Below, one piece after another: positions 1 through 10,096 of a stretch of DNA of 64,000 nucleotides (position 1 is the stretch's first letter; every line of letters begins with the position of its first letter). The notes under the pieces were generated by a model, which saw only the letters and a program-made list of their open reading frames with translations, was not told where the DNA came from and did not search any database. The DNA comes from Longimicrobiales bacterium (GTDB taxonomy: Bacteria; Gemmatimonadota; Gemmatimonadetes; Longimicrobiales; Gaopeijiaceae). The stretch spans positions 672,001 to 736,000 of the forward strand of contig OZ250165.1 in the NCBI GenBank assembly GCA_965238005.1, read 5' to 3'. Both the position numbers and the translations under genes were made by a program.

Positions 1-1
1 T

Positions 2-346
2 CAGCTCGAAGGGCTGGACCTACGCCGCAACCGTCTCACCGGCCCGATTCCACCAGAGTTGGGCAGTCTCGCATTACTCGATCGCCTTGTTCTCTCGTAT
101 AACGATCTCTCTGGCTCAATTCCACCGAAGCTGGGCGACGCGGTCAGGATCCGAGGGTTGTTCTTGAACAACAATGCCGGGTTGTCTGGGCCCCTTCCCT
201 TTACCATGACCCGTCTTTCCCTCGTTAGGGAGATCGACCTTCTGCACACGGGCCTGTGCGTGCCCAACACCCCCGCCTTCCGTGACTGGATAAATAACTT
301 TCGAGGCGGAGTGTTCCGCCGCCAGTTCGAGTGGTGCCAGCCCTGA
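2..346 (+). CDS. Plant-type leucine-rich-repeat protein, C-terminal part (runs off the window)
   Basis: Frame from nt 2: LEGLDLRRNRLTGPIPPELG / LDRLVLSYNDLSGSIPPKLG / GLFLNNNAGLSGPLP, matching LxxLxLxxNxLSGxIPxxLG repeats. Confidence 0.9.
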   Translation, partial: QLEGLDLRRNRLTGPIPPELGSLALLDRLVLSYNDLSGSIPPKLGDAVRIRGLFLNNNAGLSGPLPFTMTRLSLVREIDLLHTGLCVPNTPAFRDWINNFRGGVFRRQFEWCQP

Positions 347-577
347 CTCTCCCTGCGACACCCCCTGAACCCCTCGCGGCGGGACATGCGGGCTCGCGGA
401 TCCCCGGACTCGATTGCGTATGGTTTAGCCCCCCGAAGGTCTGGGCAGAACCTCCCGGTGCGGGGCCGGTGAAACGACTAACGACGGAACGCCAGAAGTG
501 AAACTACGACCGACTTCCCGGCGGTTCTCTTTCCGGCTTGGCTGGCGCTGCTGGCGCGGGCAGCGTGTTCCGGCGAC

Positions 578-637
578 GCGGCGGACAACCGGGCCGCGTT
601 GGTGGCGCTGTGCGAGGCGGCGGACGGCCCGAATTGA
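578..637 (+). pseudogene. Remnant of an LRR-protein N-terminal cap
   Basis: Reads AADNRAALVALCEAADGPN*, like the DRAALVALYxATxGPNW cap of bacterial plant-type LRR proteins, with TGA at the W position. Confidence 0.6.
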
Positions 638-1116
638 GAGCGGTCCGACAACGCGCGCGAACGCGTTCGCAGGCTATCACACCGTGGCTCAGGAGCAACT
701 CGCTTGTTAGCATGCCGGTATGGATAGCAGCTGGAGGTCTTAGCTGGCGAAGTCGCTACGTTGGGTTGTGCGGTGGCTCTTCTTGGTCCTCATGGGAGTG
801 ATTGCTACATTGCTCTACGGACGCAACCATCGGAAGCGCCTTGGCCGTTGGGCCGTTGCTGGGCAGGTGAAGTCCGGTGCGGTCTGCCCCCCGTAGGCGG
901 CCCGCAGCAACCAACAGCTCGACTTCTCCCCATCGGGCTTCCGACGCTTGGAAGTGCCTGGGATCTCTGGTAGTTCGATGTCGAGGCTGTGGAAGTTATC
1001 CCCCACAGTTCAGGGGTCCAACTACTTGGGGGACGATCCTTGGTGCACTTCACGATTGGAGGGAATCGTGTCAAGACCGGCATCACCGCCTTCGTGCTTG
1101 CGGTGCTAATGGGTGA

Positions 1117-2216
1117 TGGGGTTACTCGATTTAGTGGACAGTCGAAAGTGGTGGTTTTCTTGTTCTGTGAAGTTCTGTTAGAAGTGATGGCTCTGGCTCC
1201 TCCTATGGTAAGGGGATTGGAAAAGCTTCTTCTGCGTAGCGGGGGAGTAGAAGGCGGCCTCGCGGCTGCGCTCGAAGTTGACGGGCGCTGGTAGCCAAGG
1301 GCTGAGTGTCTGCGGTGCGGGTTGCAGGATCACCCCATCGGGTCTGCGCTACGTGAGCGCCATGTCGAAGGCGTCCAGCACCAGAGACGTCCTGAGGTGC
1401 GTGGCCATCGACCAGCCCACCACCCGTCGGCTCCAGGCGTCGAGCACGATCGCGAGGTAGAGGAAGCCCTCGCGGGTGGGCACGTAGGTGATGTCGGCCA
1501 CCCAGAGCTCGTCGGGGCCCGAGGCCGAGAAGTCTCGTTCCTCGAGTGGGCCGCCTGCTGCGTCGTCTTGCCCTTCCCCCGGCGCCGACTCACCCTCTCG
1601 ATCCCCGCCATCCGCATCAGCCGCGCCACACGAGTGCGGCTCCGGGCCCTCAACTTGGCGTGGACCCGCGGCGCCCCGTACGTCGCGCCGCTCATGGCGT
1701 GTATCTTGAGGACCTCGGTGGTGAGCGCCGCGTTCTCACGAGCCCGCTGCGAGAGTCCTCGCTTACGCCACGCGTAGTACTCGCTCGGGGAGAGACCCAG
1801 ACTGGCGGCACACGCGCACGGGATACATGGCCTGGTCATCGCTCACGAACCGGAATCCCCTCTGGGAATCGATCCGCTCTCCCGGGCGAACCAGGCCGTG
1901 GCTTCTGCAAGGATATCACGCTCGAGCTTCCCCCGGCGAAGCTCACGCTTCAGATCCCGCAGTTGCTTGCGCTCGGCCGTCGTCAGACCGTCCTTGCGAA
2001 GACCCTCGTCCCGGTCCGCCTGCTCCACCCAGCGCCGTATCGCCGTCGCCGATGGCTCGAACTCCCGGGCCAGTTCCTCCGCGCTACGGCCCGCACGAAA
2101 CAGTTCCACCATCCGCGCACGGTACTCCGATGCGTACCGCCGCCCAAATCCAGACATAGAGCACCTCCCCGTTGTTCCAACGCTCTAAGGTGTCCACCAA
2201 AATCGCAGTAACTCCA
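1117..2216 (-). mobile_element. IS3-family element, internally deleted
   Basis: Imperfect terminal IRs TGGGGTTACTCGATTTAGTGGACA (1117) and TGGAGTTACTGCGATTTTGGTGGACA (2216, minus); orfA 1843-2157; degraded orfB 1330-1839 with YGAPRVHAKL. Confidence 0.85.
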
Positions 2217-2374
2217 TCCAGCGTTAGGACAGGCGCAGCGTTCCCCACCGGAGCGGTATTGGGTAAGGTATTGGGTGAGTTGAATTGAGCCGGGAGCGCC
2301 AGGCGAAGGAGCCGTACTCTTGCGGCGGCAACCATCCGGGAACCGCTCTGGCCGAGTTGGAGGTGTTTGTGGAG

Positions 2375-2812
2375 ATGAAGCTGGCGGCGCGATTCATCGG
2401 TTGTCTCGGGTTCGCGGTGCTGTGCGCAGTGGCCGGGATCCTCGCGGCGGCGGGTACGCTAACGGGGTTGTTCCGCGTCATGGGGTTCACGGACCCGCTC
2501 CAGATGGCGGCGGCATCGTGCGGGGCCGGTGCCTGGATCGGTGGTGTGTGCGGATGGCGGGCTTACCTCCGCGGCGGCTGGTCTGTGCCCGGCGTGGCGG
2601 TGTCGATGTCGGTGGCGGCTATCGGAGCAACGGTCGCGTTCACGGTGGCGGGCCTGTCCAGATGGGGAGAAGCGAACCTGCCGCCGGGCGTGGAACTGAC
2701 GGTCGGTGATATGCTCTGGTCCGTGGAGTCTGCGTTGCTCGGATGGATCGGCGGCGCGGTGGTGGCGTGGTTCGCGTTGCGCTGCGTGATCCCGCGCCAA
2801 GTCGCAACCTAG
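2375..2812 (+). CDS. Hypothetical membrane protein (about 4 TM segments)
   Basis: Several hydrophobic stretches; GGAG/GGAGG upstream of the ATG. Confidence 0.6.
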   Translation: MKLAARFIGCLGFAVLCAVAGILAAAGTLTGLFRVMGFTDPLQMAAASCGAGAWIGGVCGWRAYLRGGWSVPGVAVSMSVAAIGATVAFTVAGLSRWGEANLPPGVELTVGDMLWSVESALLGWIGGAVVAWFALRCVIPRQVAT

Positions 2813-3570
2813 GTAGGGGCTGGTTGGGCGCGCGGGGGGAACTCTGAAACGGGCCGAGTGCCACGGTCCTACGGGTCGACCGGCTTGAGAAACCGTGTTA
2901 CTCTCGCGCTGTCGCGTCAGCGCGGCCATAGCGTAAGGATCCCCCTCAAGTCGGCAGGAGCAGTGTGGCGGCGGTTCTGGTTGCGCGCTGGTAGTGAGAA
3001 GCCTGTTATCGGAATTCCTCCGCTGCAGAGCGCTTCGATCCCCTCCTAACCGATCGTTCCCGAGATGGGGATCTGCACGGCGAAGTCACCGGCGTGATGC
3101 TGAGGCCAGTCACGCTCGTTCTCGTGGGCCTCACTGCTGTTGTCGCGATCGCCCCGCCTTCCGGGTTTCGTTCCTCGGTCCCAGCAAGAACCCGTCCTAG
3201 AGCTAGATCGGAGAGGCGGCCCCAGTCGCTTCGTCGTCGTCAACCACCACCCACTCCCGGCGACCTGGATCTGGCGACGTGCTCGCACCTAGGTCCTGCG
3301 AGAAAGAGGCTCACACCATCGGTGCTAGGTGCCGTAACCCGTTTAGTCAGCTGGCGCGAGTACCCCTCGTCGACCCGCAAGTGCTCAAGGACGATAGACG
3401 ATAGATGGTCCAGCCCGGATACGGCCCTGGCACGCCAACCATCTGGCGTGTCAATTCTGGCCTTTTGGATCCAGGGGATCCAGATGTCCCGCAAGGGCGA
3501 GAACGGGGGATCGCGCGGTCCTCGTTGAACTTAGACGATGTCTTGCGGGGATATCACCCTATTTTCAGGG

Positions 3571-3614
3571 GCCTGATAAGCGTGAGGTCGGTAGTTCGAG
3601 TCTACCCAGGCCCA
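3571..3614 (+). pseudogene. tRNA-Ile(GAT) 3' fragment (anticodon loop to acceptor end), att site of element copy A
   Basis: GCCTGATAAGCGTGAGGTCGGTAGTTCGAGTCTACCCAGGCCCA: GAT loop, T-arm and acceptor 3' strand present; D-arm and 5' half absent; adjacent to the integrase 3' end. Confidence 0.9.
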
Positions 3615-3671
3615 TTGAACTTACGGGAATCTCGGGTCGGATTCCCGCTGTTGGATTCCCGCTGTTCGGGG

Positions 3672-4414
3672 TCAGGAACGGGCTCTGCAGCGGTGCTCGA
3701 GGGCGTTCTTGAGCTGCCCTTGGTTGACTTGCTGGTAGCACTGGAGGACCGTCTGTGCGGTCTTCCAGCCGCCGAGTTCGCATAGCACCTTCAGCGGTTG
3801 GCCCATGAGGTCCGAGGCAAACTTCCGCCTCAGGGAGTGCCAGCCGCGGCCACGCTTTGGTACCAGTCCTGCGAGCGCTACGGCCTTGTTCCACCAGTCG
3901 CGCGCCAGCGAACGGCTCACGCACTTCGACGGGTCCTTCGGCGCGGGCAGCATAGGTATGTCCCCGACTCCGGAGTTCCTCCTCTGCGCCAGTTCCAGAG
4001 CGGCGACCGCTTCTGCGGTTACCGGAGTCAGGTGCTCGTACCCTGTCTTCTCGTGCTCGCCACGCCATCGGATGACCTCACCCGCCACATCGACATCCAG
4101 CCATCGAAGCTGACGGATGGCGCCGATGCGGTGTCCTGTCTCGTGCGCGAGCACGAGAGCGACGTGAAATCGCCAATCGACCTCTCGCGATACCCGCAGC
4201 AGTCGGGCTCGGCGTGGCCTGCGGCGATTTCGTCCGCCTGCCGCTTTGCCCGCCTCCAGTCGCGATGCTTGAGCGACCTGCTCAGCCTACGCCCGTCGTC
4301 GCGCCACTCGATCTGGATCAGGCCGGTCTTGGGATCCGGGAAGACCCGTACCCGGTTCCGGCCCCGTTCGCCGGCGCTGTAGCCCCGGCGGTGTCGTTTC
4401 GTGCGTGCCATCAT
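3672..4414 (-). pseudogene. Tyrosine integrase with ~0.4 kb internal deletion and frameshift
   Basis: N-terminus MMARTKRHRRGYSAGE fused out of frame near 4200 to the catalytic half (ETGHRIGAI, WHSLRRKF, VLQCYQ). Confidence 0.9.
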
Positions 4415-4797
4415 CAGGTTCCTCGCTCGATGACGGACTGCACGATCTGCGCGGTCGAAATCTCGCGCAGAGGAGCCTTCTCGGCCAGACGCGGGGTGGC
4501 CGCTCCGGTCTTCCGGGGGAGGTGGCTCAGGGCGATCCTGGGCGCGCCGGGCCGTCCGGCGTTCGGGATCTTGCCGTCGCGCACGAGGCGGCCGAGATGG
4601 TCCGCGGAGTAGCCACTCTCCCTGGCGGCGTCGGTCAGCGAGAGGGTGGTCTCGTCCCTCTCCCTGAGCGTGGCCTCGAGCTTTGCCGCGCACGCCTCGA
4701 GGGCCACGGCCGGTGTCTCGCCCCCGTATTGGCGGAGCGTCTTGGCCTGCGTCCGCCAGGCGCCGGGCAAGGTCTCGACGGAAGCGCGGCCGGTCAT
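4414..4797 (-). CDS. HTH excisionase-like protein (copy A)
   Basis: LSLTDAARESGYSADHLGRLVRDGKIP, an HTH_17-like motif; directly upstream of the integrase. Confidence 0.75.
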   Translation of the reverse strand: MTGRASVETLPGAWRTQAKTLRQYGGETPAVALEACAAKLEATLRERDETTLSLTDAARESGYSADHLGRLVRDGKIPNAGRPGAPRIALSHLPRKTGAATPRLAEKAPLREISTAQIVQSVIERGT

Positions 4798-4843
4798 GGG
4801 CGTGCTTCCTCCCGAGCGTGAGCGGCCGACCGGATCTCCCCGT

Positions 4844-5158
4844 TCACTCCCACTCCCCCTCGGCGTCTCTACGAAGCGCGTCGCTGAGGCCCGGATCGCC
4901 CTCGCCACGCCGTACCGAGCGCTCGGCGAGATCGACGCGGCGTCCGAGATCGGCGAGTCCGGCGGCGCGAGCGACGGTGTAGATGGCGGACGCGACGGCT
5001 GCGAGCGCCAGCGCGGTGTGCAGGGCGATCGAGACACCGTGAGCGGCGAGGATCGTGGGCCAGAACGGCGCGAGGTACTCGAGCCGCGGACCGGCGAGGA
5101 GGACGACCGATCCGGCGATGGCGGCGCTGAGTCCCGCGCTGATCTTCCAAGGCTGCAT
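4844..5158 (-). CDS. Small membrane protein (copy A)
   Basis: MQPWKISAG..., homologous to 27432-27746 and 41731-42045. Confidence 0.8.
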   Translation of the reverse strand: MQPWKISAGLSAAIAGSVVLLAGPRLEYLAPFWPTILAAHGVSIALHTALALAAVASAIYTVARAAGLADLGRRVDLAERSVRRGEGDPGLSDALRRDAEGEWE

Positions 5159-5178
5159 GGTGGGCTTCTCCCAGGGAG

Positions 5179-5922
5179 TCAGAGCTCGAGCGCGGCCGAG
5201 TCGCGGTCGGCCGGGCCGCGGAGTGAGCTGCGATCGCTGCCCGGCCCGAGGAGTCGGAGGACCCGTCTCCCGGCCGCTCCGTTCGCGTGCATCCGGAACC
5301 CCGCAGCGGCCTTGGCCCGGATGGATCGGCCGTGGTAGTTGCCGGAGGCGACCTCGACGTTGACGCGGCCGGTGCGTCCGTCGGCGTCCACGTACTCGAT
5401 CTGCGCGTCCGGGTAGAGCACGCGTCCCCGGGCGTCGATGGGCAGGTGTAGTTCCTTGGCGGCGCGGTGCCGTTCGGCGTCGGCGGCCCTCCGGCCCTCC
5501 CGAACCCGCGCGGACTCGCTCCGGCGCGCGACGATGCTCTTGAGCTCGCCGTCGAGCCGCACGCGCCGGACGGTGGCGTCCCGCTCGAGCAAGCGGCGGC
5601 GTTCGCGGCCGCAGGCCCGGTAGATCGCGGTGTCGTGTGCGAGCCGGGCGTGCTGGAGGCGGGTGGCGGACCTGATGTGCTGCCCGGGGTCCAGCCCCTG
5701 CCCGGCCGCGGGGTCGCGGATGGCGGCCGCTCCCTTGCGGGTGAGGGTCCGGATCTTGAACGGGTTGCCCTTCGGCCCGGTGGCGGTGGTTTCCTTGGCG
5801 AGCCCCTCGCGGACCCAAGCGTTGACGGCCCGCCGGGTGGTGTAGGGATGGCCGCCGAAGCGAGCCTCGGCTAGGTCCCGGACCGAGACGGCGCCGTAGA
5901 TGCCCACATCGGCGAGCGCCGA
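5179..5922 (-). pseudogene. wHTH/PD-(D/E)xK candidate relaxase, 5' part deleted (copy A)
   Basis: Homologous to 26511-27410 from LADVGIYGAVS onward; fused to the ardC tail. Confidence 0.8.
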
Positions 5923-6715
5923 AGCTTCGGGTCGGAACCGGCAGCGGCAGCTCGGGCCTTGCGGAGTGTTGCGGTGCGGGAGCGCGGGTGGCGGCCACCG
6001 ACGCCGGCTCCCGCTCGGCCTCGCGCTCGCGGCTCCGCGCCAGCACGAAGTCGGAGATCTTCTGCGCATCGGCCGCGGCGCGGCGGATCTCCCGGGGGTC
6101 CTCCTCGAGGGCGGCGACCCACCCCTCGACGTAGGCGGCGCCCCGGCTCGGGTCGTGGCCCACGCCCACCCGCTCGCCGGTCATCATTGCGCTGATCTCG
6201 GCCCGGAGCTCCTCCTTCGCATAGGCCGGCGATCCGAACCCTTCGCTCATCCCCAGGGTGAGCGTGGCGCGATTCATCCGCTCCGGGTGGCCGGTGCTGT
6301 GCCCCAGCTCGTGGAGGGCGGTCTGGTAGTAGTGGTTGGCCGAGGGGAACTGCACCCGTTCGGGGAGCACGATCTCGTCGCGGTTCAGGTTGTAGAACGC
6401 CCGGTCGCCAGCCACGTGACGGACGGGGACCCCGCTGTCCGCGAGCACCCTCTCGGCGTTCTGGTGGACCTTCCAGAGCGGCTCGGCAGTGGGCGCGGGC
6501 CGGGCCCGGAAGCCCATCGGCCTGCTCGGCGTTGAAGACGGTGTACTGCCGGACGAAGGGGGTGGGCAGGCGCTCGTAGCGGTAGACGCGCTTCCCTTCG
6601 TTGTCCGTGGCGGGACGCTCGCTCGCGTCGGTGACGGCGATCTTCCGGTGGTCCTGGAAGGAGAGGATGCGGGTGCCCCGCTCGCCCTTCCTGACCTGAC
6701 CGCCCCGGGCCTAGA
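5923..6715 (-). pseudogene. ardC: ArdC-like gene, 5'-deleted and frameshifted (copy A)
   Basis: HELGHSTGH and YAKEELRAEI motifs; starts mid-gene at RQI; frameshift near 6510. Confidence 0.85.
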
Positions 6716-7175
6716 TCTGGCGGGCGAACGGGTACATGCAGGCGGTGGTCTTGCCGGTGCCGACGGCACCCACGATGAGGATGCCGGTGTAGAGCCCCTT
6801 CTCGGGGACGACGAGCCACGACGGCCCTTCGCTCTCTCGCGCCACGGTCGGATGATGCAGTTCGCCGATCACGAGCGAGGGCGCCTCGTCGCCGGGCGAG
6901 GTGGGCCAGGCGGGGAGCTTCCCGCGAGCGCCGCGCCGGGTACGCGGCTCGAGCCAAACCTTCGAGACCGAGAGGCAGACGCTGCCGGCGAGCAGCAAGG
7001 CGATGCCCGGCACCGCGTAGTACCAGACGTGGATCACCGTGTGTAGGCCCGGATCGTGGTAGGCGATCAGGTCCAGCACGGGGTTTCCGCCGATGCCCGG
7101 AAACGGCGCCAGGAACGCGCGGACCGTGGCCGCCGTCAGAGCGATCCCGATGATGACCAGCGTCCAGGGCCTCAT
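6711..7175 (-). pseudogene. VirD4-like coupling protein, 5' fragment (copy A)
   Basis: Near-identical to the 5' part of 22238-24277 through Walker A GAVGTGKT, then joins ardC and stops. Confidence 0.9.
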
Positions 7176-7209
7176 CGGTCCGACACCCTTCCCGGAGGGA
7201 CTGCTGGCT

Positions 7210-7302
7210 GGGAGCGACCCCGCAGCGGAGGGGACGATGGGGATGCCCATCGCCATCCTCCCCGATGCCGATCGAGGCATGCCGAGATGGGGGGTCGCTC
7301 CC
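7210..7302. repeat. Inverted repeat GGGAGCGACCCC...GGGGTCGCTCCC upstream of virD4 (candidate oriT/ori)
   Basis: 12-bp perfect IR; the same stem occurs at 22118-22203 and 62244-62333. Confidence 0.7.
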
Positions 7303-7696
7303 AACCACGGCCAAGAGACACGGATCGGCAACGCCACCCCGCTGGCCGTGGCACAACCGCAAGCGCGCCAGCGACATGCGGAATCGGCGGCGTGCCCATC
7401 ACAGGCGCGATTTCGTGTCCGGTCACCCCCAAAGTGCCCCGGACACTCGCGGATCGGCATCGGCCGGGCGGTTTCTGGCCCCCAAGACCGACTCCCAGCC
7501 GTCCTTGGAAGCACCGCGCCCGAAACCTCCAGGTCCATGGATCCGAACTTGGGAATCGGAGTGCACCGGCCCGGGGGGTCAACCCCTCGGACCTGCGCGA
7601 ACGCCGCCCTTGAAGCCCGCTACTGGCCAGCAAGCCCCGCCGACGCGACGTTTCAAACGCGCAGATCGTGCAGTCCATCATCGAAAAAGGAATCGA

Positions 7697-8860
7697 ATGA
7701 TGGCACGCACGAGACGAGTCCGGCGCAGCTATGGCGCCGGCGAATGGGGCCGGAACCGGGTGAGGGTCTTCCCCGATCCCAAGACCGGCTTGTACCAGAT
7801 CGAGTGGCGAGAGAACGGGCGCAGGCTCACCCGGTCGCTGCAACACCGCGACTGGAGGCAGGCGAAGACGCAGGCGGACGAGTTCGCTGCCGGGTTCGCC
7901 GGGCCGGAGCTGAACGGCAAGAAGAACGCCGAGCCCGAGCCGCTCACGCTGGGCACGCTTTTTGACATCTACGGTGAAGAGGTGACGCCCACCAAGGCCG
8001 AGCAGACACGGCGGCGCGACAGGACCGCGACGAGGATGTTCCTCCAGTTCTTCGGACGGGACCGAGACCCGGCAACGCTCTCCCAGCGCGACTGGGACCG
8101 ATTCATCGGCGCGCGGCGCGCGGGAAGGATCGGCATCTCGGGCAAGCCCGTGTCCAACAGGACGATCGAGTGGGACCTGACGTTCCTGATGGCCGTGCTC
8201 AACTGGGCGGCGAGGTCGAAGGACGAAGGGGGCCGCCCGATGCTCGACAGGAATCCGCTGAAGGGCCTCAGGAAGCCCAGGGAGAAGAACCCCACCCGGG
8301 TCGTCCTCACCGAACAGGAGTACCAGGGGTTGTTGAGGGTGTCCCGGGAGGTGGACTGGCGGTTCCATGTCGCGCTCGTACTCGCGCATGAGACCGGGCA
8401 CCGCATCGGTGCCATCCGCAAGCTCCGGTGGTCCGATATCGACTTCGACGGCGAAGCGGTGCGGTGGCGGGCGAAGCACGAGAAGACGGGCTACGAGCAC
8501 ACCACGCCCGTGACCGACGAGGCGTTGGACGCTTTGGAGGAAGCGCGAGCGATGAGCGCCGGGACCGGGGACGGGCCGGTGCTGCCCGCCCCGACGGATG
8601 CCTCGCGGTGCGTGGGCCGGTCGCTGCCGAGCTTCTGGTGGCAGAGAGCCCAGACGCTCGCGGCGCTGGAACCGAAGCGGGGCCGAGGCTGGCACTCGCT
8701 GAGGCGGAAATTCGCGTCCGACCTCATGGACCAGCCCCTCAAGGTGCTGTGCGAACTCGGAGGCTGGAAGACGGCCAAGACTGTCCTCCAGTGCTATCAG
8801 AGAGCCGACGAGGGACAGCTGAGACAGGCGCTCGCGGACCGCCGGAGAGTTCGGGCCTGA
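7697..8860 (+). CDS. Tyrosine integrase, 387 aa (element copy B; integrase plus xis tail only)
   Basis: Catalytic R (TGHRIG), K (EKTG), HSLRR, LGGW and CYQ motifs; preceded by the xis 3' tail; followed by GCGGGAATC repeats. Confidence 0.93.
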   Translation: MMARTRRVRRSYGAGEWGRNRVRVFPDPKTGLYQIEWRENGRRLTRSLQHRDWRQAKTQADEFAAGFAGPELNGKKNAEPEPLTLGTLFDIYGEEVTPTKAEQTRRRDRTATRMFLQFFGRDRDPATLSQRDWDRFIGARRAGRIGISGKPVSNRTIEWDLTFLMAVLNWAARSKDEGGRPMLDRNPLKGLRKPREKNPTRVVLTEQEYQGLLRVSREVDWRFHVALVLAHETGHRIGAIRKLRWSDIDFDGEAVRWRAKHEKTGYEHTTPVTDEALDALEEARAMSAGTGDGPVLPAPTDASRCVGRSLPSFWWQRAQTLAALEPKRGRGWHSLRRKFASDLMDQPLKVLCELGGWKTAKTVLQCYQRADEGQLRQALADRRRVRA

Positions 8861-8952
8861 TCCCAATCAGCGGGAATCAATCGGCGGGAATCGCGCCAGC
8901 CGAATCCGTAAGTTCAATGATCACAACAAGATCTGCACGGGAATGTGCATGC

Positions 8953-9181
8953 TGGCCCAGCGGGCGATCTGGTTCAGGTTCGCCCCGATCCGCGCCAGCT
9001 CGCGGGTGCGCTCCCGCTCCACCTCGGCGTGCGCCACGGTCCACGGGCGCACCCGGCCCACCGACCGGCGCACCAGATCCGACAGCGTTAACCCTGCGGA
9101 GTGCGCCTTGGCGTGCCACTCGGCACGCTCCGCCCCGCTGGCGCGAATCTTCACCCACACGTCGCGTCCAGCGCCCCTCAT
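8953..9181 (-). pseudogene. mobC: MobC-like relaxosome accessory protein, 3'-truncated by the copy B end
   Basis: RHH-like start (VKIRAS...AGLTLSDLVRR) and ELARIGANLNQIARWA motif, cut at about 8952. Confidence 0.8.
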
Positions 9182-9195
9182 GTGCCGTTGCCGTT

Positions 9196-9287
9196 GGGGG
9201 GGTCAGAGGGGGCACAGCCCCCCGCCAGCCCCTGCCGGGGACCCGCGAAGCGTGGCCCCAAAGGGTAAGCTGGCTCTCCCACCTTAG
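9196..9287. other. Putative oriT (ColE1/MOBP-like), copy 1
   Basis: Upstream of mobC; CGCCAGCCCCTGCCGGGGACCCGCGAAGCGTGGCCCC...GCTGGCT shared with 32201-32294; related motif at 36572-36653. Confidence 0.6.
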
Positions 9288-9876
9288 CGGCGTCCGACAA
9301 GCCCGTCCGACGCAGCCGCGGACGCTCCGGATCAATGCGCCGCATCGGCCCCTTCGACGTGCTCACGCGCGCGCCCGATCCCCTCGAATGCTGGGCACGG
9401 TCTCCCCGGCGGCCAACTCCCACGCGATCAGCGTGCTGGCCGCGCCGCAACTGTTCGGGGTGCGCGTCCATGAACCGCGCCCACTGTGCGCGGGTTTACA
9501 CCCGGCAGTGGAGGCGGACCAGGACGATCCACCCGGTCCGGCGACCCGTCCAGCCGAGCGGTTCGAGCGCCTTATCGCGTCCGCGCGGGTGGGCGATGGC
9601 TCCGCTCGCCGCCGACTTCAACTCCTGCTCCAGCACATCCATGCCGGGAACGCTGAGGAGCCGCCCGCAAGGAAGTCAACCCTTGGGAAATGTCCCAATG
9701 TCTCAGGAAGTATTAGGACGGTTCAGAACGTATCCAATCCGTCGGACACCGCCGCCAGCGGCGTGTCCGAACGCCCCCGCCGGGACTCTCGTGGAACCCG
9801 CTTGGGGTTGCCATCCGGCTTGCGGAGGTCGGCCAAACTGGCCAAGACTTAGACTGCCACCAGCCGGAGGGATCGC

Positions 9877-10065
9877 ATGCAGACGCTGAGCGCGAAGGAC
9901 GCGAAGTACGGCTTCGGCCGACTCATCGACCTCGCCCGCGCGTCGCCCGTCACGGTGGCCAAGCATGGGCGCCCAGTTGTCGTGGTGCTCTCGGTAGAGG
10001 AATACGAGCGGCTGAAGGCGCTCGACACGCCTGAGACACGCCCGGAAAAGGAGGAAGGGGAGTGA
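9877..10065 (+). CDS. Phd/YefM-family antitoxin (no adjacent toxin)
   Basis: MQTLSAKDAKYGFGRLID...VTVAKHGRPVVVVLSVEEYERL. Confidence 0.85.
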   Translation: MQTLSAKDAKYGFGRLIDLARASPVTVAKHGRPVVVVLSVEEYERLKALDTPETRPEKEEGE

Positions 10066-10096
10066 CCTGGAACGGAACTGGAGGCCGCTGAGCCGG

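Larger units (their letters stand above)
3580..7302 (-). mobile_element. Integrative element copy A (degraded, three internal deletions)
   Basis: Same gene order as copies C and D on the minus strand; deletions near 4200, 5925 and 6716. Confidence 0.88.

Noticed and set aside
700..3500. Integron attC cassettes
   Set aside because: Scattered GTTAG/CTAAC but no convincing paired attC stems and no IntI-like integrase
3491..3533. Extra TTGAACTTA box with GC 34 bp upstream as another element end
   Set aside because: Spacing is off by one and no element genes or GCGGGAATC repeats follow; unresolved
3571..3614. Functional tRNA-Ile gene
   Set aside because: The 5' acceptor strand and D-arm are absent; only an att-type fragment remains
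7172..8866. Long antisense or alternate-frame ORFs (also 10487-12427, 22367-24223, 26214-28046, and the 5' extension of 26660-29302)
   Set aside because: Shadows of real genes in high-GC DNA; Arg/Pro/Gly-rich with no motifs
8909..8918. TAAGTTCAAT as a XerD/dif half-site
   Set aside because: Only loose resemblance and no XerC arm at 6-bp spacing; better explained as an element end box
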